Below, piece by piece: positions 42,700 through 58,965 of a DNA stretch of 64,000 bases. The notes under the pieces were generated by a model that saw only the letters and a list, made by a program, of their open reading frames with translations, had not been told where the DNA came from and did not search any database. This DNA is from the human T2T-CHM13v2.0 reference genome, Homo sapiens: the NCBI RefSeq assembly GCF_009914755.1, contig NC_060927.1. One strand, written 5' to 3'. The translations under genes and the position numbers were made by a program. Every line of letters begins with the position of its first letter. Within the stretch, counting starts at the first letter, position 1.

Positions 42700-43688
42700 T
42701 CTGATGGTTCCTTTTAGGTGTCAAATTGACTGGGTTAAGGAATAGCCACATAGCTTGTAAAACATTATTTCTGGGTATGTCTGTGGAAATGTTTCTGCAA
42801 GGGATTGGCATTTGAATCAATGGGCTGAGTAAGAAAGATCTGCCCTTATCCAGTCTGGGCAGGCACTATCCAACCCATTGAGGGTTCAGATAGAACAAAA
42901 AGGCAGAGGAAAGGCAAATTCATTCACTGTATTCTACAGCTGGGACACTTTTCTTCAACTAATCTTGGACATCAGAACTTCGGGTTCTATGGCCTTTGGA
43001 CTCTAGGACTTGCACTAGCAGGCCCCCAAGGTTCTCAGGCTGTTAGCCTCAGAATGAGACTTACATTATTGGCTTCCCTGGTTGTGAAGCCTTTGGGCTT
43101 GGACCAAGCCGTACTATCAACTTCCCTGTTTCTTTCACATGCAGATGGCCTATATTTGGACTTCTCAGCCTCCATAATCACATGAGCCAATTGCCCTAAC
43201 AAATCTTGTGTTAAGCCATTCTTGTGTTGCTATAAAGGAATACCAGAAACTGGGTAATTTATTTTTTAAAAAAGGTTTAATTGTCTCATGGTTCTGTAAG
43301 CTGTACAGGAAGCATGGTGCTGACATCTGCTAGGCCTCTTGGGGAACCTCAGGGAGCTTTTACTCATGGTGGAAGGCAAAGGGGGTGTCAGTATATCACA
43401 TTGCAAAAGAAGGAGTAAGATAGAGAGTTCCGGAGGAGATGCCACATACTTTTAAACAACCAGATATCACAAGAACTCACTCACTATCTTAAGGACAGCA
43501 CCAAGCCATGAGGGATCTACTGCCATAACCCAAACACCTCCCACCAGGCCCCACCTTCAACATTAGGGATTATAATTCAGCATGAGATTTAGAGGGGGCA
43601 ACATCCAAACTATATGAAATCTCATCTTCTATATCTATGGATATGTATTCTGTTGGTTCTGTCTCTCTGGAGAACTCTGAGTAATACA
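42700..43688 (+). mobile_element. MLT2B-type ERVL LTR
   Basis: tgatggtt...gtgtcaaattgactgggttaagg; ctctggagaactctgagtaataca. Confidence 0.8.
43207..43617 (-). mobile_element. MSTB-type LTR nested in MLT2
   Basis: Perfect TSD aatct. Confidence 0.85.
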
Positions 43689-43751
43689 CCTGCCATAACC
43701 AAAGTCTATCCCAGGAATGCAAAGATGGTTTAATATAGGAAAAATTTGTCA

Positions 43752-45026
<1,275 letters not shown>

Positions 45027-45169
45027 GAGGGAAATGATGGTAATATTTCATATTCAATGTTGATTTTTTTTAGCATGACAAAAATTAACAGCCTACTTTA
45101 AGTAGCAGCACATAACAGTGTCATGATTATTTTGTACACATTGCTTTGGAATTTTTAGCAAATGCTCTA

Positions 45170-45958
<789 letters not shown>

Positions 45959-46767
45959 TGACAGCACAGTTTGATAATGTGACAAGAAATAGGTAAATAA
46001 ATATGTAAAATTGATTTTATACATTTAAAAAATCAGATAGATGTGATATTTTAAAATATGTTATTTACCCAAATGATAAAATACTTAAGTATAATCTCTC
46101 CGTAAGAAGGATGTAGGGCCCCTATGGGAAAAAAAATACAAAATTACTGAGATGTAAAATAAGCCATATAGGTAGAGAGATAAATGTAATGCCATCCTAA
46201 ACAAAATCTCAATAGAACTTAATTTAGCACTTGATTTTTTTAAAAACCTCTGCAGCCTAGCCTCTCTTTTCTGCCTCCACATTGCTCACAGGCATCACAT
46301 AAATTCATCAGCAATGTCTCTCCTTCTATAAGGTGAACCCCAACTGAGTACATTTTAATCTCTGCAGAGGGAGGGTAACTTCATTTCTGATATGCGCCAT
46401 TCAGGGGATTTAAAGCTTTGGGATTGGGAACCACTATTCTCAAATTCAACTGATATAATAAAGATGTGCAAATTAACTTTTCAAAAAACTTTGCAAATAA
46501 TAATAAGGTCTGCCAGATTGTCAAAAACACTATCAAATAATTAAATCTGTGTGGTACTAATTTAAAAATAAATCATAAAATAGAATGATTTATCTGGAAT
46601 CAAATCCTAGAATAAATAAAAGTATAATACATAATAAAGTATGCATTGAAAATCAACAGACAACGAAAATATTATTCAACAGTGATTTGAGGATATTACT
46701 GCATACAAAAAATATGCTAGGACATTTGCTTATATCAGGGACATGAATTAAAAAATAAAAGGAAACA

Positions 46768-47083
46768 GGCCAGGCTCAGTGGCTCATGCCTATAATCCCA
46801 GCACTTTGGGAGGCCGAGGCAAGCAGATCACAGGGTCAGGATATCGAGACTATCCTGGCCAACATGGTGAAACCCTGTCTCTACTAAGAATACAAAAATC
46901 AGCTGGGCGTGGTGGCACATGCCTGCAACCCAGCTACTTGGGAGGCTGAGGCAGGAGAATTGCTTGAACAGGGAGTCAGAGGTTGCAGTGAGCTGAGATT
47001 GCGCCACTGCACACCAGCCTGGCAACAGAGTGAGACTTTGTCTCAAAAAAAAAATAAAATAAAATAACATAAAATAAATAAAC
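46768..47083 (+). mobile_element. AluSc
   Basis: TSD aaaaggaaaca. Confidence 0.95.
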
Positions 47084-47207
47084 AAAAGGAAACAAATGAA
47101 TATTTTAAAAATCTCTGGGTGGGGTAAAGTGAATATTTAAAAAACCTTGCATGGGAAAAGTTTACCAAATGGAAAATTGCAATGGATTGGACTTTTTTGG
47201 ACCTAAT

Positions 47208-47522
<315 letters not shown>

Positions 47523-48683
47523 TGGGTCAAATTAATTAAGAAGCAAATAACAAAATACAAAAATACAGAAAATAAAAAAAGTGACAAATATTTTAGACAA
47601 AAAGTAAAAATCACCAGTATGTGCAATTCATATAAATCACTAAAAGTCACTAAGATTCCAATAAAAAATAATGAGGCTAGGACCTCACAATTCATACATG
47701 AGAAAATTAAAATTGGGTTTTTAAAGGCTACATTAGAAAACAATTGATATAAATTCATTTACTCCTTTCTTCCCTATGAGAAATTTTGTATATGAGTTGG
47801 GTTCCTTAACTCAAGTATATGACTATATATATATTTGAGTATAGGAAGTAAGCCCACAACTTTTCAATGAATACATATCTAAGAAAGCTGTAAGAAGAAA
47901 GTAATTCACTTATATAAAAGTTTAAGCATTACTTATTAGATGTACAGCATGCGCTGGGAATTCTGAAAAATACAAAAGGTACGTAAGATAAGCCATTAAG
48001 TTTAATCTAACGATGAACATGCAGTTAACAAATGGGATTCTCATTTCATGAATAAGTGCTATGAAGTCTCTTGGGCTGGGTGAATTACAACAGAAACAGC
48101 TCTATGCTAGGACACCAATAGACTAAGAGTAATAATTTTTGCAACAAAGTCTTAATTATTTTTCGATTAATAAGAAATAACTCATTAAAAAAGTCTTGAT
48201 ATTCTTTAGAGGCAATCTTCTGGAATAAAAAGCCTAGCAATCAGAGATATAGGGATTTATTTTTGGGGTTTTTGGTTTTTTTTGTTTAAAAACGAAAGTA
48301 GGTTTTATTATAAGATTTGACTCTCCTGGGGAAATGAGCTTAAGATAGGAACAGACTTCATTAAATTCTTTTCAAAAGAACAAAACACAAGGCAAAAATA
48401 TCAATTATTCTTTCAAATTTAATAATTTCCAGCCTATGAAGGATAAAATAGAAAAAGTTAATAGAGGACATTAAGACTAACCTGCAGGGTGACAATGGAA
48501 AAGTCACTTAAAAGCTTTACATATCAACTGGCCTTATTGGTGACTTGATATTCATGATCTTTAGTATGTCTTCGGCCCCTGGAGGCTTGTCATTGACGTA
48601 TTCTTGTGATCCCTTCCTGTTCTAAAATCTGACATGATCTTAGAGACCATCTCATCTTAACAGAGACAACGGAGGGGAGGAAG

Positions 48684-49046
48684 TGCTACGGTCTGAATGT
48701 CTGTGTCCTCTAAAATTCATATGTTGAAATTTGAATTCCCAAGGTGATGGTATTAGGAGGTGGGGCCTTTTGGAGGTGATTAGGTCATGAGAGCAGAGCC
48801 CTCATGAAGGAAATTAGCCCTTCTAAAAGATGTCCAAGAGCGACTCCTAGCACCTTTCACCACATGAGGACTCAGCAAAATGGTGTCATCTATAAACCAG
48901 AAAGTTGGCTCTCATCAGACATCGAAGCTGCTGGCTCCTTGATCTTGGACTTTCCAACCTCCAGAACTGTGAGAAATAAAGTTCTGTTGCTTATAAGCCA
49001 CCTAATTAAAGGTATTTTGTTATAGCAGTCCAAACAGCCTAAGGCA
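48684..49046 (+). mobile_element. MLT1A solo LTR
   Basis: tgctacggtctgaatgt...ctaaggca; TSD ggaag/cgaag. Confidence 0.85.
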
Positions 49047-49244
49047 CGAAGTTATAAATAGGATAATTCACTATAATATCTCAGAACTGAAAGTGCTAAT
49101 AGCATGTCAGCTCCAAGAGAGTTGTGATTTTATTTTCCTATGCATTTTCAGTACCTAGGCTAATACCTGGCCTTATAGTAGAAACTCAATACATATTTAT
49201 TGTAAGAATAAGGAAAAAAGGAAGGAAATAAATGTGTTACTAGG

Positions 49245-50560
49245 TTTTAAAAGTCCATTTGGTATCCAGCAAAAAACAAACAAACAAAACAAAACAAAAC
49301 AAAGGAAAATACACCCATCTCAAGGCATATCATCACAATATTTCTCAATTCTGGGATAAAGAAAAGGCCCCAAAGAGGATCCTACAGACTTCGAGAGGAG
49401 GGAAAATTAGTATATACAAAAATCAGAGATCAGAGTTGATTTAGAATTGTCAAAAGCAACACTGATAATTACAAGTCATGGGAGCTATGCCTTCAACAGA
49501 ATAAGAAAAATGATTTCTAGCTCAGAACTCAATAGTCAGTCAAACTGTCAATCAAATATAAAGGTAAAATGCAGTCATTTTCAGATGTAAGCTCTCAAAA
49601 ATTTACCTTAAAAAAAGTTTCTTAGAAACCAACTGGAATATATGCTCCACCAAAGTGAGAGAGTAAGCCAAGAAAGAGAAAGGTGTGAGATACAAGAAAC
49701 TGAGGATTCAGCTCAGAAGAGAGGTGAAAAGAGCCTGCAGGCTGTTAGCTATGCAAGAGTAGAGTACAGTAACTCCACCTACAAGCAGGTCAGAATGTTC
49801 TTCCATTTCTATATTTTTATAAAAAGGAGAAATCGTTAAGTACTTGATACATCTAAATATCTTGAGAGAAGATTTAGATGATGAGTGGAGTGAGTGAAGA
49901 TTGGATTAGTTTTTTTTTTCAATCAACTAACAACAAAGAAGGCTATTATTAATCATAGGAAAAGTAAAAAATTTATAAGGAAATAAAAGTTAGCATAGGG
50001 TACTCCATATCTCGGTTGTGAAAGGAATTTACAGACATAGGAACACTGAGAATGATATAACCAACAGTATAATACAACAGTATAAAAAGATGAGAAGCCT
50101 TCATGAGTGGGTAGAGATGGAGGTAGTGTGAGAGAAAGCTAGACCTTTTTCTTTGTTAGGGAAAGTCAATAGAGAATGTTTAAAACTGGCCAGGTGCGGT
50201 GGCTCACACCTGTAATCCCAATACTTTGGGAGGCTGAGGCAGGCAGATCACCTGAAGTCGGGAGTTCAAAACCAGCCTGGCCAATATGGTGAAACCCTGT
50301 CTCCAGTAAAAACTTGCAAAAATTACAGGCGTGGTGACACATGCCTGTAATCTCAGCTACTTGGGGGGCTGAGGCGTGAGAAGAACCAGGAGGTGGAGGT
50401 TGCCGTGAACCGAGATCGCATCACTGCACTCCAGTCTGGGTGACAGAGCGAGATTCTGTCTAAACAAAAAAAAAAACAAAACAAACATACAAACAAAACC
50501 CTGTAATATGAAAATATCAAGATATAGCAATATAAACATATTATTTTTATTTAAAGCATC
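49245..50560 (+). mobile_element. HAL1 (half-L1) fragment
   Basis: ORF1-like 3' part plus ctccaccaaagtgagagagtaagccaagaaagag. Confidence 0.6.
50188..50498 (+). mobile_element. AluSp/Sq
   Basis: gtcgggagttc diagnostic; (CAAA)n tail. Confidence 0.93.
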
Positions 50561-51947
50561 AAATGAAAACAAACTTCCCACAGTTTGACTTCAAACTGTC
50601 ATTTTTCCAGTATTGCACGCACAGTCCCTACTCACAGAGCTTAGGGCCTACTATGCTCCTTCTGGCAATGGTGATAAGTAACACAACATTTAGATAGTTG
50701 GCTAGACATGAGCCATTAGATTGGCTGGTGTGACAGAGTGCATGACATAAAGAAGAATGAAAACATATTTATTGAGAGCTAATGACATACCTGGCTCTGT
50801 GCTGGGTTCTCTCCATTATTTGGTTTTCTCTTTTAATCTCGTTTGTTTGAAAAAACAAATAACACTTGTCTATGAATGCCTTAGCCTGAAGAATAGAGAA
50901 GAAAGATATTAACCAACCCCTGATCTGTTTGTTTTAGAGTGATATGTGTTAAAGATGCTCACCACCAAAGCTAATGCATAAATTTCATGTTATAAACATC
51001 TGAATGGTGTATATGATTTTATTGTAACACTATACATTCTAACAGAAGAGTTAGAGGTCATTGTTTATATTGATTCCTTCTAAGCACTAGTTTACCACCT
51101 TATTTATTAGCTTAATTTTTTATTTGTACGTGCTCATTTTAAATAGGGGCCAAATCATAGAAGGAGGGTTGGTTACTATGAAATATAGCTGAAGAAAAAA
51201 AGATAAATGCAATGGGTGTATAAGACATTTAAACAAAGGGAAAATTTGGTTAGCTCAAAATGTTCCAACTTTTGGATCCTACTTAAGAATATACTCCATA
51301 GAGTTCGAGGCTTAAAGATAACAAAATTCTTAATTATATTTTATCTATTCATCAAATTGTAGCATGCTTTTCGATCACTGGTTATATATGCCAATCTTAG
51401 TTTTGATTTTCTTTAAAACAACACCTCTTGAGCTCATTGTAAGAAGCAAGGAGTACCAGTCAAACTGAAAATCATAAAACACTAAGGGGTGTGGATTTTC
51501 CCAACAACTTTAATGGGGGCTATTTAAAAAATCTAGCTTTCAGCATTTCACTGCATTTCAGTCTTGCTTTGAAGCCCACATTACTCCAACCAGTTCCTGT
51601 CACTACATGAGAACCACAAAATGTAGATGGCAAAAATTACAATGTTGGGTGTCCATCTTTTTTATATCCAGTGACAGAAAATGAAATACACTTCAACAAT
51701 ACAAAGACATGGACTGGTGGATATATACATGCTTATCACTAATTCAAGACAAATTTCAAAATGAAAACACAGACGATCCATCCATCCAGGTCCTCATGCA
51801 CCAGGGCTTTTAAGCAGTATTATTAATGGATGTTAGGCACAAACAGAGCCAGAAAATGATGTTTCATTATTTTTAAAACAATGTTTTGTAAACACATATT
51901 TTATTATTAATTATTGAAAAGAAAGAGTTTACCATCCTCGTTAAAAC

Positions 51948-51949
51948 TT

Positions 51950-51986
<37 letters not shown>

Positions 51987-52275
51987 TTTTTATTTTTTTG
52001 AGGTGGAGTCCGGCTCTATAGCCAGGCTGGAGTGCAGTGGCATGATGTCAGCTCACTGCAACATCTGCCTCCTGGGTTCAAGTAATTCCCCTGCCTCAGA
52101 CCTCTGAGTAGCTGGGACTACAGGTGCGGGCCACCACCACCACTACAGGTGCGGGCCAAAAAAAAAAATATATAATTTTTTTTCGTATTTTGGTAGAGAC
52201 GGGGTTTCACCATGTTGGCCAGGATGGTCTCAATCTCCTGACCTCGTGATCCTCCTGCCTCGGCCTCCCAAAGTG
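51948..52275 (-). mobile_element. AluSc, 5'-truncated, internally rearranged
   Basis: (TTTA)n tail; ends at cccaaagtg. Confidence 0.93.
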
Positions 52276-52279
52276 GAAG

Positions 52280-52745
52280 CTTTTTATTTTTGAGATGAGG
52301 AAATGGAGACACTGGTAGGTTGAACAACCTTCCCAAGGTTGCATGATTCTTAATGAAGAAATTGACTTTTAAGTCAACAAATATGTAATTTTGTGTTTTA
52401 TTGTTTAATTATTCATTCATTCATTCAAAAATATTTTTTGAGTACCTGCCATAGGCCTGACACAGGAATACAGAGATTAAAAAAAAAAAAAAAAGAGAGA
52501 ATCTCTTCATTCAAGAAGCTAATAGTCAAGTGGCAATGATAAGAACTCAACCAAAGACCACAGAGTGCTTGGTTGAAAGTGAAGGTAGGTTGGTGAGGCA
52601 AACCATGGTAAAAAATGAAATTACAGATGGAGCCAGGGGTCAGATTATAAAGCACTTTAGAGGCCATGTTAGGACTTTATGTTCCAAGTATGATAGATAG
52701 CTTGTGGGGCATTCTGAGCATGGGCATGACATGATCAGTTCTATC
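52280..52745 (-). mobile_element. MIR fragment followed by L2 3' end
   Basis: agatgaggaaatggag; attcattcattcattcaa. Confidence 0.65.
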
Positions 52746-54819
52746 ATGATCATTTCTATTAGTTATATCATGTTGCCTCTCTCAAACAATAGTTTATTCA
52801 TAGCACTGAATGTTTGGTTTACTTAACACTATAGCTATAATTTCCTGTATTTTATTTCAAATACTTATGTCTACATTTTAGTTTGAAAGACATTCCAAAC
52901 TATGTTCAGCAGAGAACTCCTAACTTTGATAAAGTTGATGCTTCACAAGCAAACCAGGCAAATTTGCTACGTTTGAGAATCAGATGTTCTATTCCTTTAT
53001 TTGAAGATCTAGGTTCCCTCCTCAAGATTTCTCTCTCCTATGAATCTAAGTCGTTTTCTTTCACTCATAATTTCCAGTGATATCTAAACAGCAATAGTGA
53101 CTTTTTCCAGAATAGTTTAAAACCCACTGCATTTTAAAGATGCAATTACAGCAATACTAGAAAAACAAAACCTAAAAACAACAACAAAAGCTATAGCTTA
53201 TCTCCCTAGAGAGCATACATCTTGGACTTTGTGGAATAGTCCTGATTTCAAATATTTTGTCTCTATGTTCTAAAAGATATTCATACTTATTGCCTCATTA
53301 TCTCCAGTTCAGAATTGATGATCACTGTACTTGTTTCATATTGCACAATAAAGTGAACTTAAATTTGTCCAAATAGCATTCAACTGACCTCATATAACTA
53401 CACAGTCACTTTGGAAATATGCTCCCATCTTTTCATATCTATCTTCAATAAAAGAAAGTGTTATGAAAAAATGCAGTTCTTAAGGAATGGGTTATGACCT
53501 TTTCTTCCTTAATTTTAAGTCTGCAAATTTTAACAGTCTTGGAAATAGACACTCATCTTTGGTCTTTGGGCAATTAACAAGTTATTTTAGCTGTAGAGCA
53601 TTTTTCATTAATATTTCACTAGTAGAAATTTCCAAAAAGAAGAACAACTCATAAGAGAGAGAGAGCAAGAAAGAGAAAAAGGGAACAAAGGAAGAAAAGG
53701 GGATTGGGGTGGGGGGAGAAGACAGGAAGGGAGGGAGAAAAAGAAGAAAACATTCTTCACCTACTAGCTAGAAAATATTTTATATTAATCTGAAGACTCA
53801 ACACATTATAATTAACTTACTTCTATTTGATCAGCACCCAAAAGCTGCAGCTTTGTTCCACTCTTATTTTAAAATATATTTTGAATGCTGTAATTTGTTC
53901 ATCCTTTTATAGTTCCAACCTGTACCAATAAAATTAGTGTGCTATGTTACATAGATATTTAGCAACATATACAACTAATTTTAATCAGATTTTTGTTTTA
54001 CAAAAAACAGAATAACAAAAACATTTATTGTGAATAATCTTGACAGAAATCAAAGATGTCTCTTTAATTTAAATCCAGCTATAGTTTCAGAGTTAACCAC
54101 AATGGCAATAAATTTGTCAAATGTTCTTTTTCACAAGGTAGACACTTATTCACATACAGATGTATCTAGTGAACAGCAGAACTATGAAGGAACTCATTGA
54201 GGGGACACTAGGGTTAGCCTTCACTAGAATCTCTTCAAGGCCCCCCCCCCACTTTTTTCCATTTGTAAGTGGAAAGGAGATATCACACATAACAAGTTTA
54301 GCACAAAGCCTGACACATAGTAAGCTCCTGATCTGTGTGAACTATTTGTTATAATTAAGTTGGCCCCCAAATTCTCCCCACAACCCTACTGTCCAAAGAC
54401 AGCTGCCTTTATGCACACATCAACTGTCAGGAGACCACAGTGATTGAGAGTCGGAAAGTACCTCAGAGGTCTTCGAGTTCAACCTCCCACATTTCACAGA
54501 CGAGGAAACTGAGCCTCAGGTGGTAGAATATATGGCTCAGGGGAACATAGTTATGAGATTTCCTGACTGTGTTAATTATGCATGTTTCCTGACTGCCAGA
54601 CCCATTTATTTCCTGTCATTCAAGCTGAATCCAATTCCCTCTTATACAGCGGTGATGCTCCATACCGTATAGTTACCAGCATTGTCTGGGGATTTGATTG
54701 GTCTCCAGGCTGAGGCTCTAGCCCCAGGATACAGTTTACAGGGTGGGCTTCTGGTTGGAAGACTGGCATGGAGGGTGGGAACTGGAGACTGGAGTTGTGC
54801 TTTGATGCTTGGAGAGGGG

Positions 54820-55715
54820 AGCTAGAACTGTCCGTTTAAAGCATATATCATGTCACTCCTCTGCCGGAGTTTTTCAGTCCCTCTTATCTTACTCAAAATA
54901 AAATCCCAATCCTGGCCGGGCGCAATGGCTTACGCCTGTAATCCCAGCACTCTGGGAGACCGAGGCGGGTGGATCACTTGAGGTGAGGAATTCAAGACCA
55001 GCCTGGCCAACATGGTGAAAGCTTGTCTCTACTAAAACAAGCAAACAAACAAACAAATAAACAATTAGCCAGGTGTGGTGGTGCAGGCCTGTAGTCCCAG
55101 CTACTTGGGAGGCTGAGGCAGGAGAATCGCTTGAACCCGGGAGGCGGCACTCCAGCCGGGACAACAGAGCGAGGCTCCGTCTCAAAAAAAAAAAAAAAAA
55201 AAAAAAATCCCAAATCCTAACTGCGGCCTGCAAAGATGGGAATAATGTGGCCCCACTCACCTCTCTGATGTCTGCTTTTACCGCTGTCCACCTCCTCGCT
55301 CTACACCAGGCCTCACTGGCTTCCTTGCTGTAGTTGGAGCATACCAGGTACGTCCTGGCTACAGGTACTCCTCTGCCTGGATCGATCACTGTCTCCTGAC
55401 ATCGACATGCCTTCACTTTGTTCAAGTCTCAGCGCGAATGTCATCTTACTTGAGAGGCCGTCCATGACCTTCCCTATGCAAAACGGCATCTTTGCCCTGC
55501 TCCTCTCTTTTCCTCTCAGCCTGCTGTATTTATCTTTGTGGCATTGACCCTTAGCTGACATTCTGATGGATGCTCATTTATTTGCTTGTCGTGTGTGTCT
55601 GCACTAGAATGTGAGCTTGTGAGCTCAGGGACTTTGCCACGTTTGCCGTTGTCTTCAGAGTCTAGAAGGGTGCCTGGCATAGAGTAGGTTCATTAAGCGC
55701 ACATTAAATGAATGG
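54820..55715 (+). mobile_element. L2a interrupted by Alu
   Basis: atcatgtcactcctctgc; ctagaatgtgagctt; gtgcctggcatagagtagg. Confidence 0.8.
54914..55206 (+). mobile_element. AluSx with about 30-bp right-arm deletion
   Basis: ggaggcg|gcactccagcc junction; TSD aaaatccca(a)atcct. Confidence 0.93.
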
Positions 55716-56163
55716 AGGAAAGGAAGCAAAGAGAAGGGGTCTGTACGCTTGGCTGACTCTACCGAAAATTCTGGGCTGAGATGGAAGCATCAATATGAAT
55801 GACTTTAAAGACCACAGCAGGGGATTCTCTTATGTCTTTAGGCCATCCACTTGTTTAAATATATGTGCTTATTTTTGTCGGCCTCACTCGCTCCTTTGCA
55901 AATGTCATGAGAGTAACAACTTTGATTCTCTGCTATATCTCCAGCACTAGACCAATATCTGGTACGTAGTGTTTAATAAATTCAGTGAATGAATTAATAA
56001 GTAAAGTTTTTAAAAGGGGGAAGGATAAAGAATATAATATGGATATAAAGTATCTAAAATAAGTTTTGAAAATGAGCCAGGCCTCCTATTTCCTAATAAG
56101 CTCTTTACATAATTTGGCCTCTGCAAAACTTAAAAAAATGCTTAAGAAACTGAATTCTTAAAA

Positions 56164-56164
<1 letters not shown>

Positions 56165-56212
<48 letters not shown>

Positions 56213-56288
56213 TATACACAATATATATACACATATATATACACAATATATATACACATATATATACACACACACATATATACATATA
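56165..56288. repeat. (TA)n/(TACA)n compound microsatellite
   Basis: Seen directly. Confidence 0.95.
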
Positions 56289-56929
56289 TTTTTGTTATCT
56301 GTGTACCCTGTTTGCTATCAGTGAACCCTGTTTGGATGACAATTCTCTAACATTCTCTCATCTACTCGAGAAATATATTTCAAGAATCAACTACGTGTTG
56401 GTCACTGTGTTAGATGCTACAATATAATTGTGAGGGAAAGAGACATAATTCTTACCTTATTACACTCACAATCTTGTAATGAAAGAGATATTAAACAAAT
56501 AAATACATTAATGGCTTCCTATCTCATTGCTGATTGCATAAGTGTTCCGAGGAAAGCGAACAAAGTTCAATAAGAGAAAATAACAGATTTATGTGAAACA
56601 CATTCTGGCAAATTCAATCCATGGCTGTCCCTCCCTAGACCCTGAAGTCATAAGCTTATGTATGCCCTGTGGGTCTAAGGGGTGGTTCTAGTACCATTTA
56701 CCTGAATGGAGCTCTTTACTGGGATATCAGGCTCAAAAGAGTCACCACAGGGTTCTGTTAATTTGATAAGAGATATTTATCTGAAACCTCCCAGTGCTAC
56801 CTGAAACCTGTGAGATTTCATAGACATAGCATTTACTTCCTCTCTTAATATCAGCCAAAAATCTCTCAACAAAAACAATAGCAATAATTATAGGAAGCCC
56901 TTCTCTATCTCTTACTCTGCAGAGGGCAG

Positions 56930-57085
56930 CATTCTCAGGTTTTTACATCTGTTAATTCATGTATAAAGTGCTACTATTATTATCCCTATTTCACAGGTGA
57001 AGCATCAGGCACCAGGAGGTTAGGTGACTGGTCAAGGTTGTACAGCTGTTAGGAGCAGACCTGGGTCCTTTCATTGTCTCCCAGT
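56930..57085 (-). mobile_element. MIR
   Basis: attatccctatttcacaggtgaag. Confidence 0.65.
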
Positions 57086-57661
57086 TAATCATCTTTTGTA
57101 GTTCAACAACTCTGAGGGTTCTGGAGATTTTATAGGGAAAGTACAGAAGTGCTCTTTTGTCTTTTATCATAAACTCAAATTCCAAACAAGTTGTCATTGC
57201 CCAACAGGTAGATAAAGGTCTTTCAATTCTGTATTTAACAAAAGGATGAGGGCTTTTGCTGGAAATGTTAGTTTGCTGCCTCCCATTTCTAAATTCAACA
57301 CTGAAATATAAACTGTGAAATATAATTTCTTTTCTCCCATCTTTCTGGTTCTTTGTGAAATATGTGGAAGCACATGTGGCTAACAAATTTCCCCACCCAC
57401 TGCACTGCCATGCTGAAGCCATTCATTGACCCCATCAGGCCCTCAGATGTCCCACAAGCAGGAAAAGCACTAAGTGAAGCAATGTTCTAGTCAGTGTGAC
57501 AATTTTCAAAGAGAAAATCTTCCTTGTGTTTCCCCCCGACCCTCTGCCCCCTCCACCGACAATCAAATAGGAGGCAGTATATCTGTCAAGCTAGCTTTTT
57601 TGGTCAGTACATTAAAAAAATCCCACTATCTTTGAGAAAAATTGGATGTGTGAGTCTATAT

Positions 57662-57894
57662 CAGTGGTCCTCAACCACAGGTGATTTTGCCCCGAAGGGA
57701 CACTGGGCAATGTCTCAAGACATTTTTAACAGTCACAACTTGTGGATGCTACTGGCATTTAATGGGTAAAGCCCAGAGACACTGCTAGACATCCTGCAAC
57801 ACACACAAAAATCCCCCTTCACCTTCCATCCCAAAGAATCATCTGGCCCCAAATGTAAGTAATGATGAGGTTGAGAAATAATATGATGAGCTTG
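57662..57894 (+). mobile_element. MER20 hAT-Charlie
   Basis: cagtggtcctcaacc...aggttgagaaa; TSD gtctatat/gtctataa. Confidence 0.85.
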
Positions 57895-58049
57895 GTCTAT
57901 AATAATGTACTTGTTCTTATGTTCTAAAATGAAATAAAATAAAAATGTATTTTTTGAGCATCTCTCATATGCAGAGTCCAGTGATAGGTCCTGGGATAAA
58001 CTCTTGATCTAAAAGATCAAAAGAGAGAAAAGACATAAAAAGCAAATGA

Positions 58050-58965
58050 AAGACTTCTGCTTCTGGGAAAATGGAATAGATATACTTTTCCCTATTCCTT
58101 CCTCCAAGTACAACGAGAAACGCTGGAAATTACATGTAAAATAAATATGAAGGACTTGAAAAATGTTAAAGAAGACGGCAGACTGTCTAGGGAACTTGAG
58201 ATTCAAGGAACAACATGGTGGTGAATTCCCTGGATTTATTTTTGCCTCATATATCCCAGACTTGGTGTGAAAAAAATCTGGGAAGCCAGAAATGTTGATA
58301 GACACAGATGGGGAAAAAGCCAAAGGACCATGAAAGAGACAGCCTAGCAAGACAGAAAACATTCAGACAATACTTTCTCTAACTCCAGTCAAACACTACA
58401 GAAAAGACTACATATAGCTAGCCCCACCCACCCCATGGCAGCAAATACCAAGTGGGGAGCTTAGACTTCTATCATCAAGGCTGAAATGAGGTACCCCAGC
58501 ATCTTTGCAGGGGCAGTCAGAGAAGGCCAAGTAGGGAGCCGGGATTTCCATCCCTACCAGTCAGTGACAAGGCCCCCTCCTTGTTACAGTGTCAGTGGAG
58601 TTCATATCAGGAGTCTATACTTCCACTCTACCTTGTAGTAATAAGGTACCTCTCCCTCTCCTCATCAGAGTGGTGCCAGAGGAAGCTTCATGTTGAGTTG
58701 GGACTTTCACCATTGCCCAGAAATAGCAAGGTCACTGCCAGTGTGGTGTTAGTGAAGACAATATAAGAGCTAGAACTCTGACCCATGTCCAGCAATAAAA
58801 AGGAACATCTCTCTTAGTGTTAATATAAATGTTTTAGAAAAGAAAACAGAAGAACCTTTCAACAGTTAGTATAGGCAAAGAGTTTTCAGACTTAATACAA
58901 AAAGCATGAGCTATAAATGAAAAAAATTAATACATTGCCCTTCATCAAAAGTTAAAACTTTTAAT
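58050..58965 (+). mobile_element. Old L1M 5' UTR joined to an ORF2 3' fragment
   Basis: gacttctgcttctgggaaaatgg start; taggcaaagagtttt...cttcatcaaaagttaaaactttt. Confidence 0.65.
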
